Shown: one piece after another, positions 1-8,610 of the stretch | Layout of the letters: each line of letters begins with the position of its first letter | Position numbering within the stretch: the first letter of the stretch is position 1 | Assembly: GCA_964414345.1 (NCBI GenBank) | Contig: CAYPWF010000005.1 | Span: 6,974 to 70,973 of the forward strand | Direction of reading: 5' to 3' | Source: an uncultured Desulfarculaceae bacterium | GTDB lineage: Bacteria > Desulfobacterota > Desulfocorpusculales > Desulfocorpusculum | DNA length: 64,000 nucleotides | The notes under the pieces: model-generated | What the model was told of the DNA's origin: nothing | What the model saw: only the letters and a program-made list of their open reading frames with translations | The model's database searches: none | Made by a program: the position numbers and the translations under genes

Positions 1-129
1 GTCTGTGGGATCCGGGAAGCTCTCCTCCTCATCGGTCATGTTGGTCATGGTTCGGGCCGCATCATTGAGCAAAGCCTCAAGCCTCTCGTTTAGCAACTTG
101 CGGAAAAATTCTAGCTTCTGGGCATCCAT
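1..129 (-). CDS. DksA/TraR-family RNA polymerase-binding protein, N-terminal part only (gene runs off the window edge)
   Basis: Reverse-strand translation from the ATG at 129..127 reads MDAQKLEFFRKLLNERLEALLNDAARTMTNMTDEEESFPDPTD, which matches the typical DksA N-terminus and coiled-coil start. Not in the ORF track because it is truncated. Confidence 0.45.
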   Translation of the reverse strand, partial: MDAQKLEFFRKLLNERLEALLNDAARTMTNMTDEEESFPDPTD

Positions 130-224
130 GGCAGTCTCCGAAGCACTGGGATCGGCTGTCCGAAGTATTGTATGATAACGCAGAGCTAACAGGCATGTAA
201 ACCCCTTATGGAGGTTCAATTGCC

Positions 225-425
225 TAGCCCGGGTTATGCGGGATGAGAGGATAATGTTGGCTATCTTAATGACATATTTTGAGAAACCGGTGCATACTCA
301 AAAACAGGGTGAGCTTTGGTCTTAGGTTTTGGGTGCGGTTGAGTCAAAATGTGTGGAAGTGTACCCGGGGCTTGGGGGCTTGAGCCCCCAAAGTCAGAGG
401 CTTTGGAGAATAATCCGGGCTGGAG
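225..425 (-). repeat. Copy D of a ~200-bp intergenic repeat family (inverted orientation). It includes a GGGGGCTTGAGCCCCC hairpin at 375-392.
   Basis: The reverse complement starts CCAGCCCGGATTATTCTCCAAAG and contains GACTCAACC, TTTTTGAGTATGCACCGGTTTCTCAAAATATGTCATTAAGATAGCC and a terminal CGCATAACCCGGGCTAGG. All of these align with copy B at 28335-28545. Confidence 0.6.
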
Positions 426-486
426 AAGTTGCTTTGGAAACCACAAATTAGTCTCCCCCCCACAATCAACAAGACCGCAGACACGC

Positions 487-1569
487 TCAGGAAGCCACCT
501 GTGAGACGTACCAGGCGTAAGTGGAAGCCAGGCCTTCCCTGAGCCGGATCTTGGGCCGCCAACCCAGGCTTTCCAAGCGTGACACATCCAAGAGCTTCCT
601 GGGGGTTCCTTCTGGTTTGGAAGGATCGAACCGGATCTGCACATGGCAACCAACCACCTCAGCCACCATTGCGGCCAACTGCTCTATGGTGCAGTCCATG
701 CCGGTGCCTATGTTCAGGAAGCAAGGGTTGGGGGGCTGAAAAAGATCAGAGAGCACCTGATCCGGAAGCTGCATCAAGAAAACGCAGGCGTCCGCCATGT
801 CATCCACATGCATGAACTCCCGGCGGGCCTTGCCTGTGCCCCATATCAGAACAGAAGGCCGGCTTAACTGGTGCTTCTTTTTGAAATTAAAACCATCTTG
901 AACAAGGGGAAGCCCCAGGGAGGAGCGCACATCCCGAGGGATGGGGCCAAAGCGGGACTCGTCCCGGGCTATACCCTCCAGATCTCCCATGGAGGCCAGT
1001 CTGGCCAGATGAAACTTGCGCATCAGGGCCGGGAGCACGTGGGAGCTTTGCAAGTCAAAGTTGTCGTTGGGACCGTAAAGATTGGTAGGCATGACCGAGA
1101 TGAACCTGGTGCCGTACTGCAAGTTATAGGAACGGCACATGAGGATCCCTGCGATCTTGGCCAGGGCATAAGGTTCATTGGTGGGCTCCAGAGGGCCGGC
1201 CAGAAGATACTCTTCTCTTATGGGCTGAGCACACTGCCTCGGATAAATGCATGAAGAGCCTAGAAACAGCAGCCTGTGCACCCCTGTTTTCCAGGCTGCG
1301 TGGATCACATTGGTCTGGATGGCCAGGTTCTCGTAAATAAACTCAGCCGGATACGTGCTGTTGGCCCAAATTCCACCCACCCTGGCTGCAGCCAGATAGA
1401 CTTGTCTTGGCTTCTCAGAAGAAAAGAACTCTTCCACCTGTTCTTGACGAGTCAGGTCCAGCTCCTGGTGCGTGCGCAAGATCAGATCTTCCTGACCCAA
1501 AGACTTGAGTTTTCTAACCAGCGCCGAGCCCACCAGACCTCTGTGACCCGCCACAAAGATCCCCGACAT
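487..1569 (-). CDS. fcl: GDP-L-fucose synthase (GDP-4-keto-6-deoxy-D-mannose 3,5-epimerase/4-reductase)
   Basis: N-terminal [21 protein letters not shown] Rossmann fold; motifs [24 protein letters not shown] and YALAKIAG are typical of Fcl; directly downstream of gmd. At 360 aa it is longer than the ~320-aa norm because of an internal insertion. Confidence 0.85.
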   Translation of the reverse strand: MSGIFVAGHRGLVGSALVRKLKSLGQEDLILRTHQELDLTRQEQVEEFFSSEKPRQVYLAAARVGGIWANSTYPAEFIYENLAIQTNVIHAAWKTGVHRLLFLGSSCIYPRQCAQPIREEYLLAGPLEPTNEPYALAKIAGILMCRSYNLQYGTRFISVMPTNLYGPNDNFDLQSSHVLPALMRKFHLARLASMGDLEGIARDESRFGPIPRDVRSSLGLPLVQDGFNFKKKHQLSRPSVLIWGTGKARREFMHVDDMADACVFLMQLPDQVLSDLFQPPNPCFLNIGTGMDCTIEQLAAMVAEVVGCHVQIRFDPSKPEGTPRKLLDVSRLESLGWRPKIRLREGLASTYAWYVSQVAS

Positions 1570-1692
1570 CTTTTCCGTCCCGCCCTGGGGGCAAAACCCT
1601 CTTACCCCGGATCATTTGCCAAAAGCCCTCGCCTTGGGGAACCACACCCCAAAACCTCTCAATCATTGTTCTCAACCAGAAGAAAACGGGGG

Positions 1693-2892
1693 CTATAAAC
1701 TCCCTTTCTGATGGGATGAGTGTACGGTATTGGTTCGCAAGGCCAGCTGGCGAACCAGGTCTTGACAATGCCTTAGCTGAAGCAGCTCCTCCATATCAGC
1801 CTTGACCATTATGCTCACCAACTCACGGAATCCCACCTTGGGCTCCCAGCCCAACTTTTTTTGCGCTTTGCTAAAATCCCCGCGCAAGACCTCCACCTCT
1901 GTAGGTCGGAAATACCGCGGGTCTATTCTAACCAGTACCGCGCCGGGCTTCAGCAAGTCATGCTTGAAAGGTATTTCCATGGAGCATGCTTCTGTGGATT
2001 CCAGGCAAGAAAACAATGTAGGCTTATTCTCCACAGAAGCCAAAATCCCCACCTCCTCGGTCCCGGAGCCCTGCCATCTAAGCTCCATGCCAGCCTCAAG
2101 GAAGGCCCTCTCACAGAATTCCCTCACACTGTGGCATTCTCCTGTGGCCACCACAAAGTCCTCAGGCTCATCCAGCTGGAGGATCCGCCACATGACTTCC
2201 ACGTAATCTGGAGCATATCCCCAATCCCTCTTTGCCTCCAGATTCCCCAGATACACGCACCTTTCCAAACCCAGGCGAATGCGTGCCACGGCCCTTGTTA
2301 TTTTTCTGGTCACAAAGGTCTCACCACGACGGGGAGATTCGTGATTGAAGAGAATCCCGTTGGAGGCAAAAAGCCCGTATGCTTCTCTGTAATTGCGAAC
2401 CATGTGGAAAGCGTATACTTTGGCCGCCGCGTAGGGACTCCTGGGCTGGAAAGGTGTCTCCTCGCTCTGGGGGGGAGGAGCCGCCCCAAACATCTCTGAA
2501 GAGGAAGCCTGATAGAAACGGGCCTTGAGCCCGCTTCTCCTCAAGGCTTCCAGCAACCTGGTGGTGCCAAGCCCCACCACGTCCCCTGTGTAGTCAGGCA
2601 TGTCAAAACTGACCCTCACATGACTCTGGGCAGCCAAATGGTAGACCTCATCGGGCATCACATTGTATACCAGGTGGGCAAGCTGACCCGAGTCCGACAA
2701 GTCTCCGTAATGCAGAAAAAGCCTGGCCCCGGGTTCATGAGGATCTGTATAGATGTGCTCTATGCGATCTGTGTTGAAGGTACTTGAGCGCCTGATCAGG
2801 CCGTGCACCCGGTAGCCCTTGGAAAGGAGCAACTCTGCCAGATAAGAGCCATCCTGCCCGGTGATCCCGGTAATAAGAGCCGTCTTGCTCAT
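1693..2892 (-). CDS. gmd: GDP-mannose 4,6-dehydratase
   Basis: [48 protein letters not shown] is a near-canonical Gmd N-terminus; the gene is SDR-extended length (399 aa). Confidence 0.9.
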   Translation of the reverse strand: MSKTALITGITGQDGSYLAELLLSKGYRVHGLIRRSSTFNTDRIEHIYTDPHEPGARLFLHYGDLSDSGQLAHLVYNVMPDEVYHLAAQSHVRVSFDMPDYTGDVVGLGTTRLLEALRRSGLKARFYQASSSEMFGAAPPPQSEETPFQPRSPYAAAKVYAFHMVRNYREAYGLFASNGILFNHESPRRGETFVTRKITRAVARIRLGLERCVYLGNLEAKRDWGYAPDYVEVMWRILQLDEPEDFVVATGECHSVREFCERAFLEAGMELRWQGSGTEEVGILASVENKPTLFSCLESTEACSMEIPFKHDLLKPGAVLVRIDPRYFRPTEVEVLRGDFSKAQKKLGWEPKVGFRELVSIMVKADMEELLQLRHCQDLVRQLALRTNTVHSSHQKGSL

Positions 2893-3112
2893 TTGCCCTG
2901 AATCCCAGTTTGAATGAAAAATGTTTGAGCCTTTGCAACCGTATGCTAGCCAAGGAAAGCGGCGGCGTCAATTGAGGAGAAAAGGCAGAATCCAGGGCAA
3001 GCCAGAAGGGGGCAGGCGAACTCATAAAGAGCCCCCTTCGGCCAGGCAAGGTCCCAGGGGAAGGGCTTCAGGGGGAACGGACCTGCCATGGCCGAGAAGG
3101 GATTCTCTTGGA

Positions 3113-4213
3113 TCAAAAATCAGGCTCCAGCACTATCCTGCGGGTAATGTTACCAGAGTGAGCTTCCTCGAAAGCCTCCTTTATCTGGCTCATGGGCCTT
3201 GTCTGGAGGAAAGGCTCTATCTGGATCTTTCCTTTCTGAACCATCTCCAGCACCACCGGATAATACTTGGGCAGGCATCCCCATGTGCCTATTATCTCGG
3301 CGTCAAAGGCCATGAGTCTTGAGATGCTGTACTCGTTTTTGGCCATTCCGAAGCCTACCACCACCAGTTTCCCCACAAAGGACAGAAGGGTCAGGGCTAT
3401 GTCCTGGCCTGCCTTGGTGCCCGTTACCTCGAAGATCTTCCATCCCCAGTTGTGAGGGAGCTTGTTGGCTTTGCATGTTTCACGGAACTCGTTCTGAATC
3501 GTCTTTACGTCTTTGTCCTTGGAGTTGATTATGGCATCAGCCCCAAACTTCAAAGACCTCTCCAACTTCTCCTGGTTGCGCGCTATGGCCACCACATAGC
3601 GGGCACCCAAGGCCTTGACCATTTGAGTCATGTAAACCCCCACCCCGCCGGTTGCTCCTATCACAACAGCCAAATCTCCTTCTTTGAAACCGGCCCTCAT
3701 GGCCGCCTGGTAGGGGGTGGTTACAGCGTCGGCCACAACCGCGTAGTGGGAGAGGGGAATCCCTTTGGTATCCTCTATCACGCACAGATCCTGAGACGGC
3801 ACCGGGATATGACTGGAAAAACCCCCGTAAGGCCCCAGGCTGTTGCCTGGCATTTTCTGGGCCAGACACCTGTTACCCCGGCCGGCCGCGCAAATGGGGC
3901 AGTTATTGCAAGGCATGACGGCTGGGACTATCACCTTCTTTCCCAGAAGATCTCCAGCCACAACAGTGCCGCTGATCTCGTGGCCTAGGGTCAGGGGAGG
4001 CTTCTCCACTGTGGGCACCCCATCATAGAAATAACCCAAATCCGTGTGACAGACCCCGCATCCCGCCACCTCCACCAGGGACTCCCCCGGCTTCAGCTCG
4101 GGCACGTCCAGTTCAGCCCTTTCCAGTACCCCTTGCGTCACTTCGCCGGTCTCCCTGTTCTTGCTCCAGGGAGTCTTCATCTGCCATGTCTGGATCTTCT
4201 GGGGCGCTGCCAT
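3113..4213 (-). CDS. Zn-dependent medium-chain dehydrogenase. Candidate 6-hydroxycyclohex-1-ene-1-carbonyl-CoA dehydrogenase (Had/BamQ-like), judged from context.
   Basis: GVCHTDLGYFYDG with GHEISG zinc/catalytic motifs and a GATGGVG NAD-binding loop. It lies immediately downstream of bamI and is preceded by the same AGACCA leader motif as bamI. Confidence 0.55.
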   Translation of the reverse strand: MAAPQKIQTWQMKTPWSKNRETGEVTQGVLERAELDVPELKPGESLVEVAGCGVCHTDLGYFYDGVPTVEKPPLTLGHEISGTVVAGDLLGKKVIVPAVMPCNNCPICAAGRGNRCLAQKMPGNSLGPYGGFSSHIPVPSQDLCVIEDTKGIPLSHYAVVADAVTTPYQAAMRAGFKEGDLAVVIGATGGVGVYMTQMVKALGARYVVAIARNQEKLERSLKFGADAIINSKDKDVKTIQNEFRETCKANKLPHNWGWKIFEVTGTKAGQDIALTLLSFVGKLVVVGFGMAKNEYSISRLMAFDAEIIGTWGCLPKYYPVVLEMVQKGKIQIEPFLQTRPMSQIKEAFEEAHSGNITRRIVLEPDF

Positions 4214-4232
4214 GGGAACCTCCTTTCTCCTT

Positions 4233-4284
4233 CCTCTGGTCGGTCTCGCCTATCTGGTCTGTTCTGTCTGTCTGGTCTATTTCG
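4233..4284 (-). promoter_or_regulatory. AGACCA-repeat leader element immediately 5' of the RBS of the had candidate
   Basis: The mRNA strand reads CGAAATAGACCAGACAGACAGAACAGACCAGATAGGCGAGACCGACCAGAGG-AAGGAGAAAGGAGG-N5-ATG. It shares CGAAATAGAC, AACAGACCAGATAG and ACCAGAGG with the element at 5252-5285. Confidence 0.5.
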
Positions 4285-4350
4285 TGGGTTAGCAGCCTTG
4301 GGTTGGCTGAGTCAGGGAGACAGGGGGTCAAAGGCCCCCATCTTTGCGAC

Positions 4351-4575
4351 TCACCCCTCCCTTGCCGGCCTGGTATAGATGACCTTGAACCGCTCAAGGT
4401 TCGCTTCAAGACATGAGCGGCACTCCCCTTCCTCTGCAGGGGGGAGGGGCTCCAAACGCACCTCCAAACCTAGGGAGCGGTAGAGCTCCACAGCCTCGCT
4501 CAGCCTGGGCTCTGCTGCTACAAACTGCTTGGTCCAACCATCTTCCATGCTGATTTTCCCTATCGGAGCTGCCAA
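4351..4575 (-). CDS. Hypothetical small protein (74 aa) between bamI and the had candidate
   Basis: Intact ORF in the operon orientation that fills the bamI-had gap; no recognisable motif; coding status uncertain. Confidence 0.25.
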   Translation of the reverse strand: MAAPIGKISMEDGWTKQFVAAEPRLSEAVELYRSLGLEVRLEPLPPAEEGECRSCLEANLERFKVIYTRPAREG

Positions 4576-4627
4576 GTCCTACCCGGCCTGTTGCTCAAGG
4601 CTAAAAGCCTACAACTTCCCCCCATAT

Positions 4628-5242
4628 CTATTTCACCCTTTCCCCTCCCCCTCCGAGAGAGGGAGATGCCATGGCCTCGATCAAGACAAAGGCCGCCTGC
4701 AAGGCCGAAGTGGGGCAAAGCGGGAAACACTCCCTGCACTCCCAGCAGACCTTGGAAGCTATCTCAGGTATGAAACTGATCTCCCGCCTGGTCCCCCGGT
4801 CTATGAACCCCACGGCGTTCAACTTCTTTATCTCCGCACAGTACCTAACACAAAGCCCGCAAAGGATACAGAAAGAAGCCTCTTTTTCGAACCGATCGGG
4901 GTCGGCTCCATATTCCCGACCCAACTCCACCAGAACCGGTGAATGAGGTGCGTGGGCCAAAAGCAGCTCCAGGATACTTTTTCGAATCATGTCGATTTTG
5001 GGCGACCTTGTCTTAACCACCAAATCCTCTTCCACCTGATATAGACATGCCGCCACCAACCTTGACCTGCCTCGACTCTCCACCTCCACCGTGCAGATCC
5101 TACAGGCCCCGTAAGGCTCCAGTTTTTCATGATGGCAAAGGGTGGGGATACTTATCCCTTGCTTCTCAGATGCCTGAAGAATGGTCATCCCTTCTTTTGC
5201 CGCAACCTCCTTGCCGTCTATCTCCAGCCTTATGTCACTCAT
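4628..5242 (-). CDS. bamI: BamI-like: NuoG N-terminal-type 2Fe-2S plus 4Fe-4S ferredoxin subunit
   Basis: Start chosen at MSDIRLEIDGKEV, which has an RBS, rather than the ORF-track start. 2Fe-2S motif CHHEKLEPYGACRICTVEV plus cysteine clusters CILCGLCVRYC and CWECRECFPLCP. Last gene of the NuoE/F/G-like module. Confidence 0.75.
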   Translation of the reverse strand: MSDIRLEIDGKEVAAKEGMTILQASEKQGISIPTLCHHEKLEPYGACRICTVEVESRGRSRLVAACLYQVEEDLVVKTRSPKIDMIRKSILELLLAHAPHSPVLVELGREYGADPDRFEKEASFCILCGLCVRYCAEIKKLNAVGFIDRGTRREISFIPEIASKVCWECRECFPLCPTSALQAAFVLIEAMASPSLGGGGERVK

Positions 5243-5251
5243 CTCGGGGTT

Positions 5252-5285
5252 CCTCTGGTCTATCTGGTCTGTTCCGTCTATTTCG
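5252..5285 (-). promoter_or_regulatory. AGACCA-repeat leader element immediately 5' of the bamI RBS
   Basis: The mRNA strand reads CGAAATAGACGGAACAGACCAGATAGACCAGAGG-AACCCCGAG-ATG. It is a shorter version of the element at 4233-4284. Confidence 0.5.
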
Positions 5286-5345
5286 ACTGTTTGGCCCATG
5301 GGGCGCAACGGCCCTTGGAATCGTCTTCTTTCCGTGTCCGCGCCT

Positions 5346-7262
5346 TTATCCCTTAACCTCGGGTGCGGCCCCCTGCTGCACTCCGACGGGCACGGGCTGC
5401 CCGGAGATCTTCTTCACAGCATTGAAGCGGGACGGACACACCTCGAAACAGGTCCCACACTTGGTACATTTTTCCTGGTCGATGACGTGCACCACTTTTT
5501 TCCCACCGGTTACAGCCCCGGCTGGACATTTCCTAAGGCAATTCATGCAGGCCTTGCATTTCTCAGGGTCTATATAGTAGGAGATCAAATTCTTGCAGGA
5601 AAGGGCCGGGCATCTTTTCTCGCGCACATGGGCCTCGTACTCTTCCCTGAAGTATTGCAAAGTGCTGAGGAAAGGATTGGGGGCGGTCCTGCCCAGGGCG
5701 CAAAGGGAGGCCTCCTTGGCAACTACAGCCAATTCCTCCAGGAGCTGTATATCCCCTTCTTTGCCCTCCCCTCGGGTTATGCGGGTGAGCAGTTTCAACA
5801 TCTGTCTGACCCCCTCCCGACAGGGCACGCATTTCCCGCAGGACTCGTCTGTGAGGAATTCCAGGAAATACCTGGCCACATCAACCATGCAGGTATCCTC
5901 GTCCATGACGATCATCCCGCCTGAGCCCATCATGGATCCGGCCTGGGAAAGCTCGTCGAAACCCACTTGCATATCCAGCAGGCTCTCAGGAAGGCAGCCC
6001 CCTGAAGGGCCTCCGGTCTGCACTGCCTTGAAGGCCTTCCCGCCTGGGATACCGCCGCCGATGTTGTAAATGATCTGCCTCAGGGTGGTTCCCATGGGCA
6101 CTTCCACAAGGCCTGTGTTGGTTATCTTCCCCACCAGGGAAAAGATCTTAGTTCCTTTGCTGGTGTCCGTTCCAAATTCACAGAACCAATCAGCCCCTTT
6201 GTTTATGATGAGGGGCACATTGGCCCAGGTCTCCACATTGTTAAGGACGCTGGGCCGGTCCCATACCCCTTTTATGGCCGTATGAATATACTTGGGCCTG
6301 GGCTCCCCAACCTTCCCCTCCAGGGCGGTCATGAGGGCGCTGGATTCCCCGGACACAAAAGCCCCTGCCCCTCTGTGCACCTTTACCTCAAAATCAAAAC
6401 CCGAGCCCAATATGTTCTTGCCCAAAAGGCCTTTTTCCATAGCCGTTTCTATGGCATGGCCGACATTTTCCACAGCAAGAGGATACTCCTGCCTCACATA
6501 GATAAATCCCTGGTGGGCCCCCACTGCGTAGCCCCCTATGACCAGACCCTCCAGAACCGAGTGCGGATTCCCCTCGAGCAGGCTCCTGTCCATGTAGGCC
6601 CCGGGGTCTCCCTCGTCGGCATTCACAATCACATATTTGGTATCGCCTGGAGCCTTTCTGGATTCCTCCCATTTTCGGCCTGTAGGGAATCCCCCGCCCC
6701 CTCTTCCCCTTAAATTGGATCTCTTGACCTCTTCCACCACCTGTTCGGGGCTCATCTGAAAAAGCACCTTGGCAAGAGCAGAGTATCCCCCCAGGGCCAA
6801 ATAATCCTCCAGGCTCTTGGGATCAATGCTGCCGTTTGAGCCAAGCACAACTCGCTGTTGGTTCTTGTAAAAGGGGATATCTGATTCATGCACTATCTTC
6901 TGTCCGGTTCCGGGCTCCTCGTACAGAAGCCTCTCCAGGAGCTTGTTTTGCTTTACGGTCTCCGAGACTATTTCAGGCACATCTTCGGGCTGCACCTTCA
7001 GGTAGCATATGCCTTCAGGATGGATGACTATGATGGGACCTCTTTCGCAGAAGCCGTGACAGCCCGTCCTCCTAAGCTCAACATCCCCTTCCAGGCCTTG
7101 TTTCTTGAGCTCCTCCTGGATGGCCACAGCCACTTCCCTGCTTCTGGCAGCATGACAAGCCGATCCAGAACACAAGGAAATACAGCGTCTGTGAGGGTCT
7201 CTTCTGGAAAGAATCTCCTTCCTTAGCTCTTCCAGTTCAGCGGGTGAATTTATCCTGGGCAT
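5346..7262 (-). CDS. bamH: BamH-like: NuoF/HydB-type NAD(P)H-binding flavoprotein with N-terminal thioredoxin-like 2Fe-2S and C-terminal 2x[4Fe-4S] domains
   Basis: GGGFPTGRKWE (NuoF FMN/NADH motif), SCGKCVPCREG, and C-terminal CKACMNCLRKCP...CTKCGTCFEVCP; 638 aa (~69 kDa). Confidence 0.85.
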   Translation of the reverse strand: MPRINSPAELEELRKEILSRRDPHRRCISLCSGSACHAARSREVAVAIQEELKKQGLEGDVELRRTGCHGFCERGPIIVIHPEGICYLKVQPEDVPEIVSETVKQNKLLERLLYEEPGTGQKIVHESDIPFYKNQQRVVLGSNGSIDPKSLEDYLALGGYSALAKVLFQMSPEQVVEEVKRSNLRGRGGGGFPTGRKWEESRKAPGDTKYVIVNADEGDPGAYMDRSLLEGNPHSVLEGLVIGGYAVGAHQGFIYVRQEYPLAVENVGHAIETAMEKGLLGKNILGSGFDFEVKVHRGAGAFVSGESSALMTALEGKVGEPRPKYIHTAIKGVWDRPSVLNNVETWANVPLIINKGADWFCEFGTDTSKGTKIFSLVGKITNTGLVEVPMGTTLRQIIYNIGGGIPGGKAFKAVQTGGPSGGCLPESLLDMQVGFDELSQAGSMMGSGGMIVMDEDTCMVDVARYFLEFLTDESCGKCVPCREGVRQMLKLLTRITRGEGKEGDIQLLEELAVVAKEASLCALGRTAPNPFLSTLQYFREEYEAHVREKRCPALSCKNLISYYIDPEKCKACMNCLRKCPAGAVTGGKKVVHVIDQEKCTKCGTCFEVCPSRFNAVKKISGQPVPVGVQQGAAPEVKG

Positions 7263-7271
7263 TGTCCCGTC

Positions 7272-7739
7272 CTACTCGTATTGATTGAGCACTTCTGATG
7301 TTTTGGAGGGCGCCATGGCCCCGTAAGTTTTCCCGTCTATTTCCATGACCGGCCCCAGAGCGCAGCATCCCAGACAATTCACTGTTTCCAGGCTGAACTT
7401 AAGATTTGCATCGGTCTCTCCGGCCCTTATCCCGGTCAAACCCTCCACGGACTCCAGGACCCTCTGGGCCCCCCGCACATGACAAGCGGTACCCATGCAG
7501 ATATGGATCTCGTGACGGCCTTTGGGCACCAAACTGAAGGCCTTGTAAAAAGTGGCTATGTGCTGAATGCGGCTAAGGGGCACATCCAGCCTTTGGCTGA
7601 CCCTCTCCAAGGCCTCTTTGGGGAGCCAGTGGATTTCCCTTTGAATCTCCAGCAGCACCTGGATAAGAGAGCTGGCATCTCCGTCATACTTGTCTAGGAT
7701 TTCATCCAGTTTGCCCCTGTCCATGGCCTCCTCGTCCAT
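7272..7739 (-). CDS. bamG: BamG-like: NuoE/HoxE-type 2Fe-2S thioredoxin-like subunit
   Basis: CMGTACHVRGAQ...CLGCCALGPV, the canonical NuoE cysteine pattern; 155 aa. Confidence 0.85.
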   Translation of the reverse strand: MDEEAMDRGKLDEILDKYDGDASSLIQVLLEIQREIHWLPKEALERVSQRLDVPLSRIQHIATFYKAFSLVPKGRHEIHICMGTACHVRGAQRVLESVEGLTGIRAGETDANLKFSLETVNCLGCCALGPVMEIDGKTYGAMAPSKTSEVLNQYE

Positions 7740-7841
7740 ACGGTTTCTCTTTTAGTGATTTTTTTATCATCCAATCCGCATTGAATTTATGCCTGTCAGA
7801 CGGACCAAGCAATTTACCTCCCCGGTCCCCCAGGACTGCCT

Positions 7842-8606
7842 TCAAGCCAAGGCAAAGCTCTTGGCCTCTCCGTCATACCTTATAAGACCTTTTCTGGAAA
7901 GGCCTATGAGCTGCTTGGATACTTGAGAGCCGCTAAGCCCCAGTCGCTCGGCTATCTGCCCTGTGGAAAGAGGGGTTCTTGCAAGCAGAAGAGCTATCTC
8001 CTGTTTTTCCAATTCCTCCAGGATGGTCTGGCGAATCAGAGCCTTGCCCTCCTGGCTCCCGAAAAACCTCACATATTCTTGCTCAGACCTTGAAAGCTTG
8101 AGCCTTTCCGCCATGGCAAGCCTTATGTAGGGAACCAGCCTTGCAGCAGCCTCCAGGCCGATTCCAACTCTAGCCTGGTCGGCCCCCTCTCCTGTACCCA
8201 GGGGCCCGAGCTTGGTCAGCTTCTTGGCAAAGTCATTCATTACCTCGGCGAACCTAATCCCTTCGGAAGCGCTCACCCACTCCAATCTGAGCCTCTCAGG
8301 ACTCAGGCCTATGTGTTCCAGGATTGCTTTCCCCACATATACCATGCCCAAGGCGTCATAATTCCCCTCTGTAATGTAATGGCACTCTCCGGGCCAACAT
8401 CCGCCTATGAAGACCCCGTCCGCCCCACCTGTGAAGGCCTTCAGTACGAAAGAGATATCTACCCTGCCGGAGCACATTAAACGCACCAGCCTCACGTAAG
8501 GAGGGTACTGATAACGGGAAACCCCTGCCAAATCCGCCCCTGCGTAACAACACCAGTTGCAGGAAAACCCTATTATCCTGGGCTTGAATTGAAAACCAGC
8601 GCTCAT
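7842..8606 (-). CDS. bamF: BamF-like: MvhD (methyl-viologen-reducing hydrogenase delta)-type domain with a C-terminal winged-helix-like extension
   Basis: Start at MSAGFQFKP with a GGAGG RBS, 4 nt after the bamE stop. MvhD motifs FSCNWCCYAGADLAG, RLMCSGRVD and FIGGCWPGECHY. The C-terminal ~110 aa contains TGQIAERLGLSGSQVSKQLIGLSRKGLIRYDGE, which is wHTH-like. Confidence 0.8.
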   Translation of the reverse strand: MSAGFQFKPRIIGFSCNWCCYAGADLAGVSRYQYPPYVRLVRLMCSGRVDISFVLKAFTGGADGVFIGGCWPGECHYITEGNYDALGMVYVGKAILEHIGLSPERLRLEWVSASEGIRFAEVMNDFAKKLTKLGPLGTGEGADQARVGIGLEAAARLVPYIRLAMAERLKLSRSEQEYVRFFGSQEGKALIRQTILEELEKQEIALLLARTPLSTGQIAERLGLSGSQVSKQLIGLSRKGLIRYDGEAKSFALA

Positions 8607-8610
8607 GATC

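Noticed and set aside
375-392. GGGGGCTTGAGCCCCC hairpin as an fcl rho-independent terminator
   Set aside because: There is no U-tract on either strand, and the hairpin is part of the conserved repeat-family element (copy D). I count it as a repeat-internal structure, not a standalone terminator.
4628-5308. ORF-track start of bamI (MRPMGQTVEIDGTDQIDQ...) and ORF 4113-4409
   Set aside because: Both read through the AGACCA-repeat leader elements, which produces D-Q-T/I-D repeat peptides. The conserved 2Fe-2S protein starts at MSDIRLE (5242), which has its own RBS.
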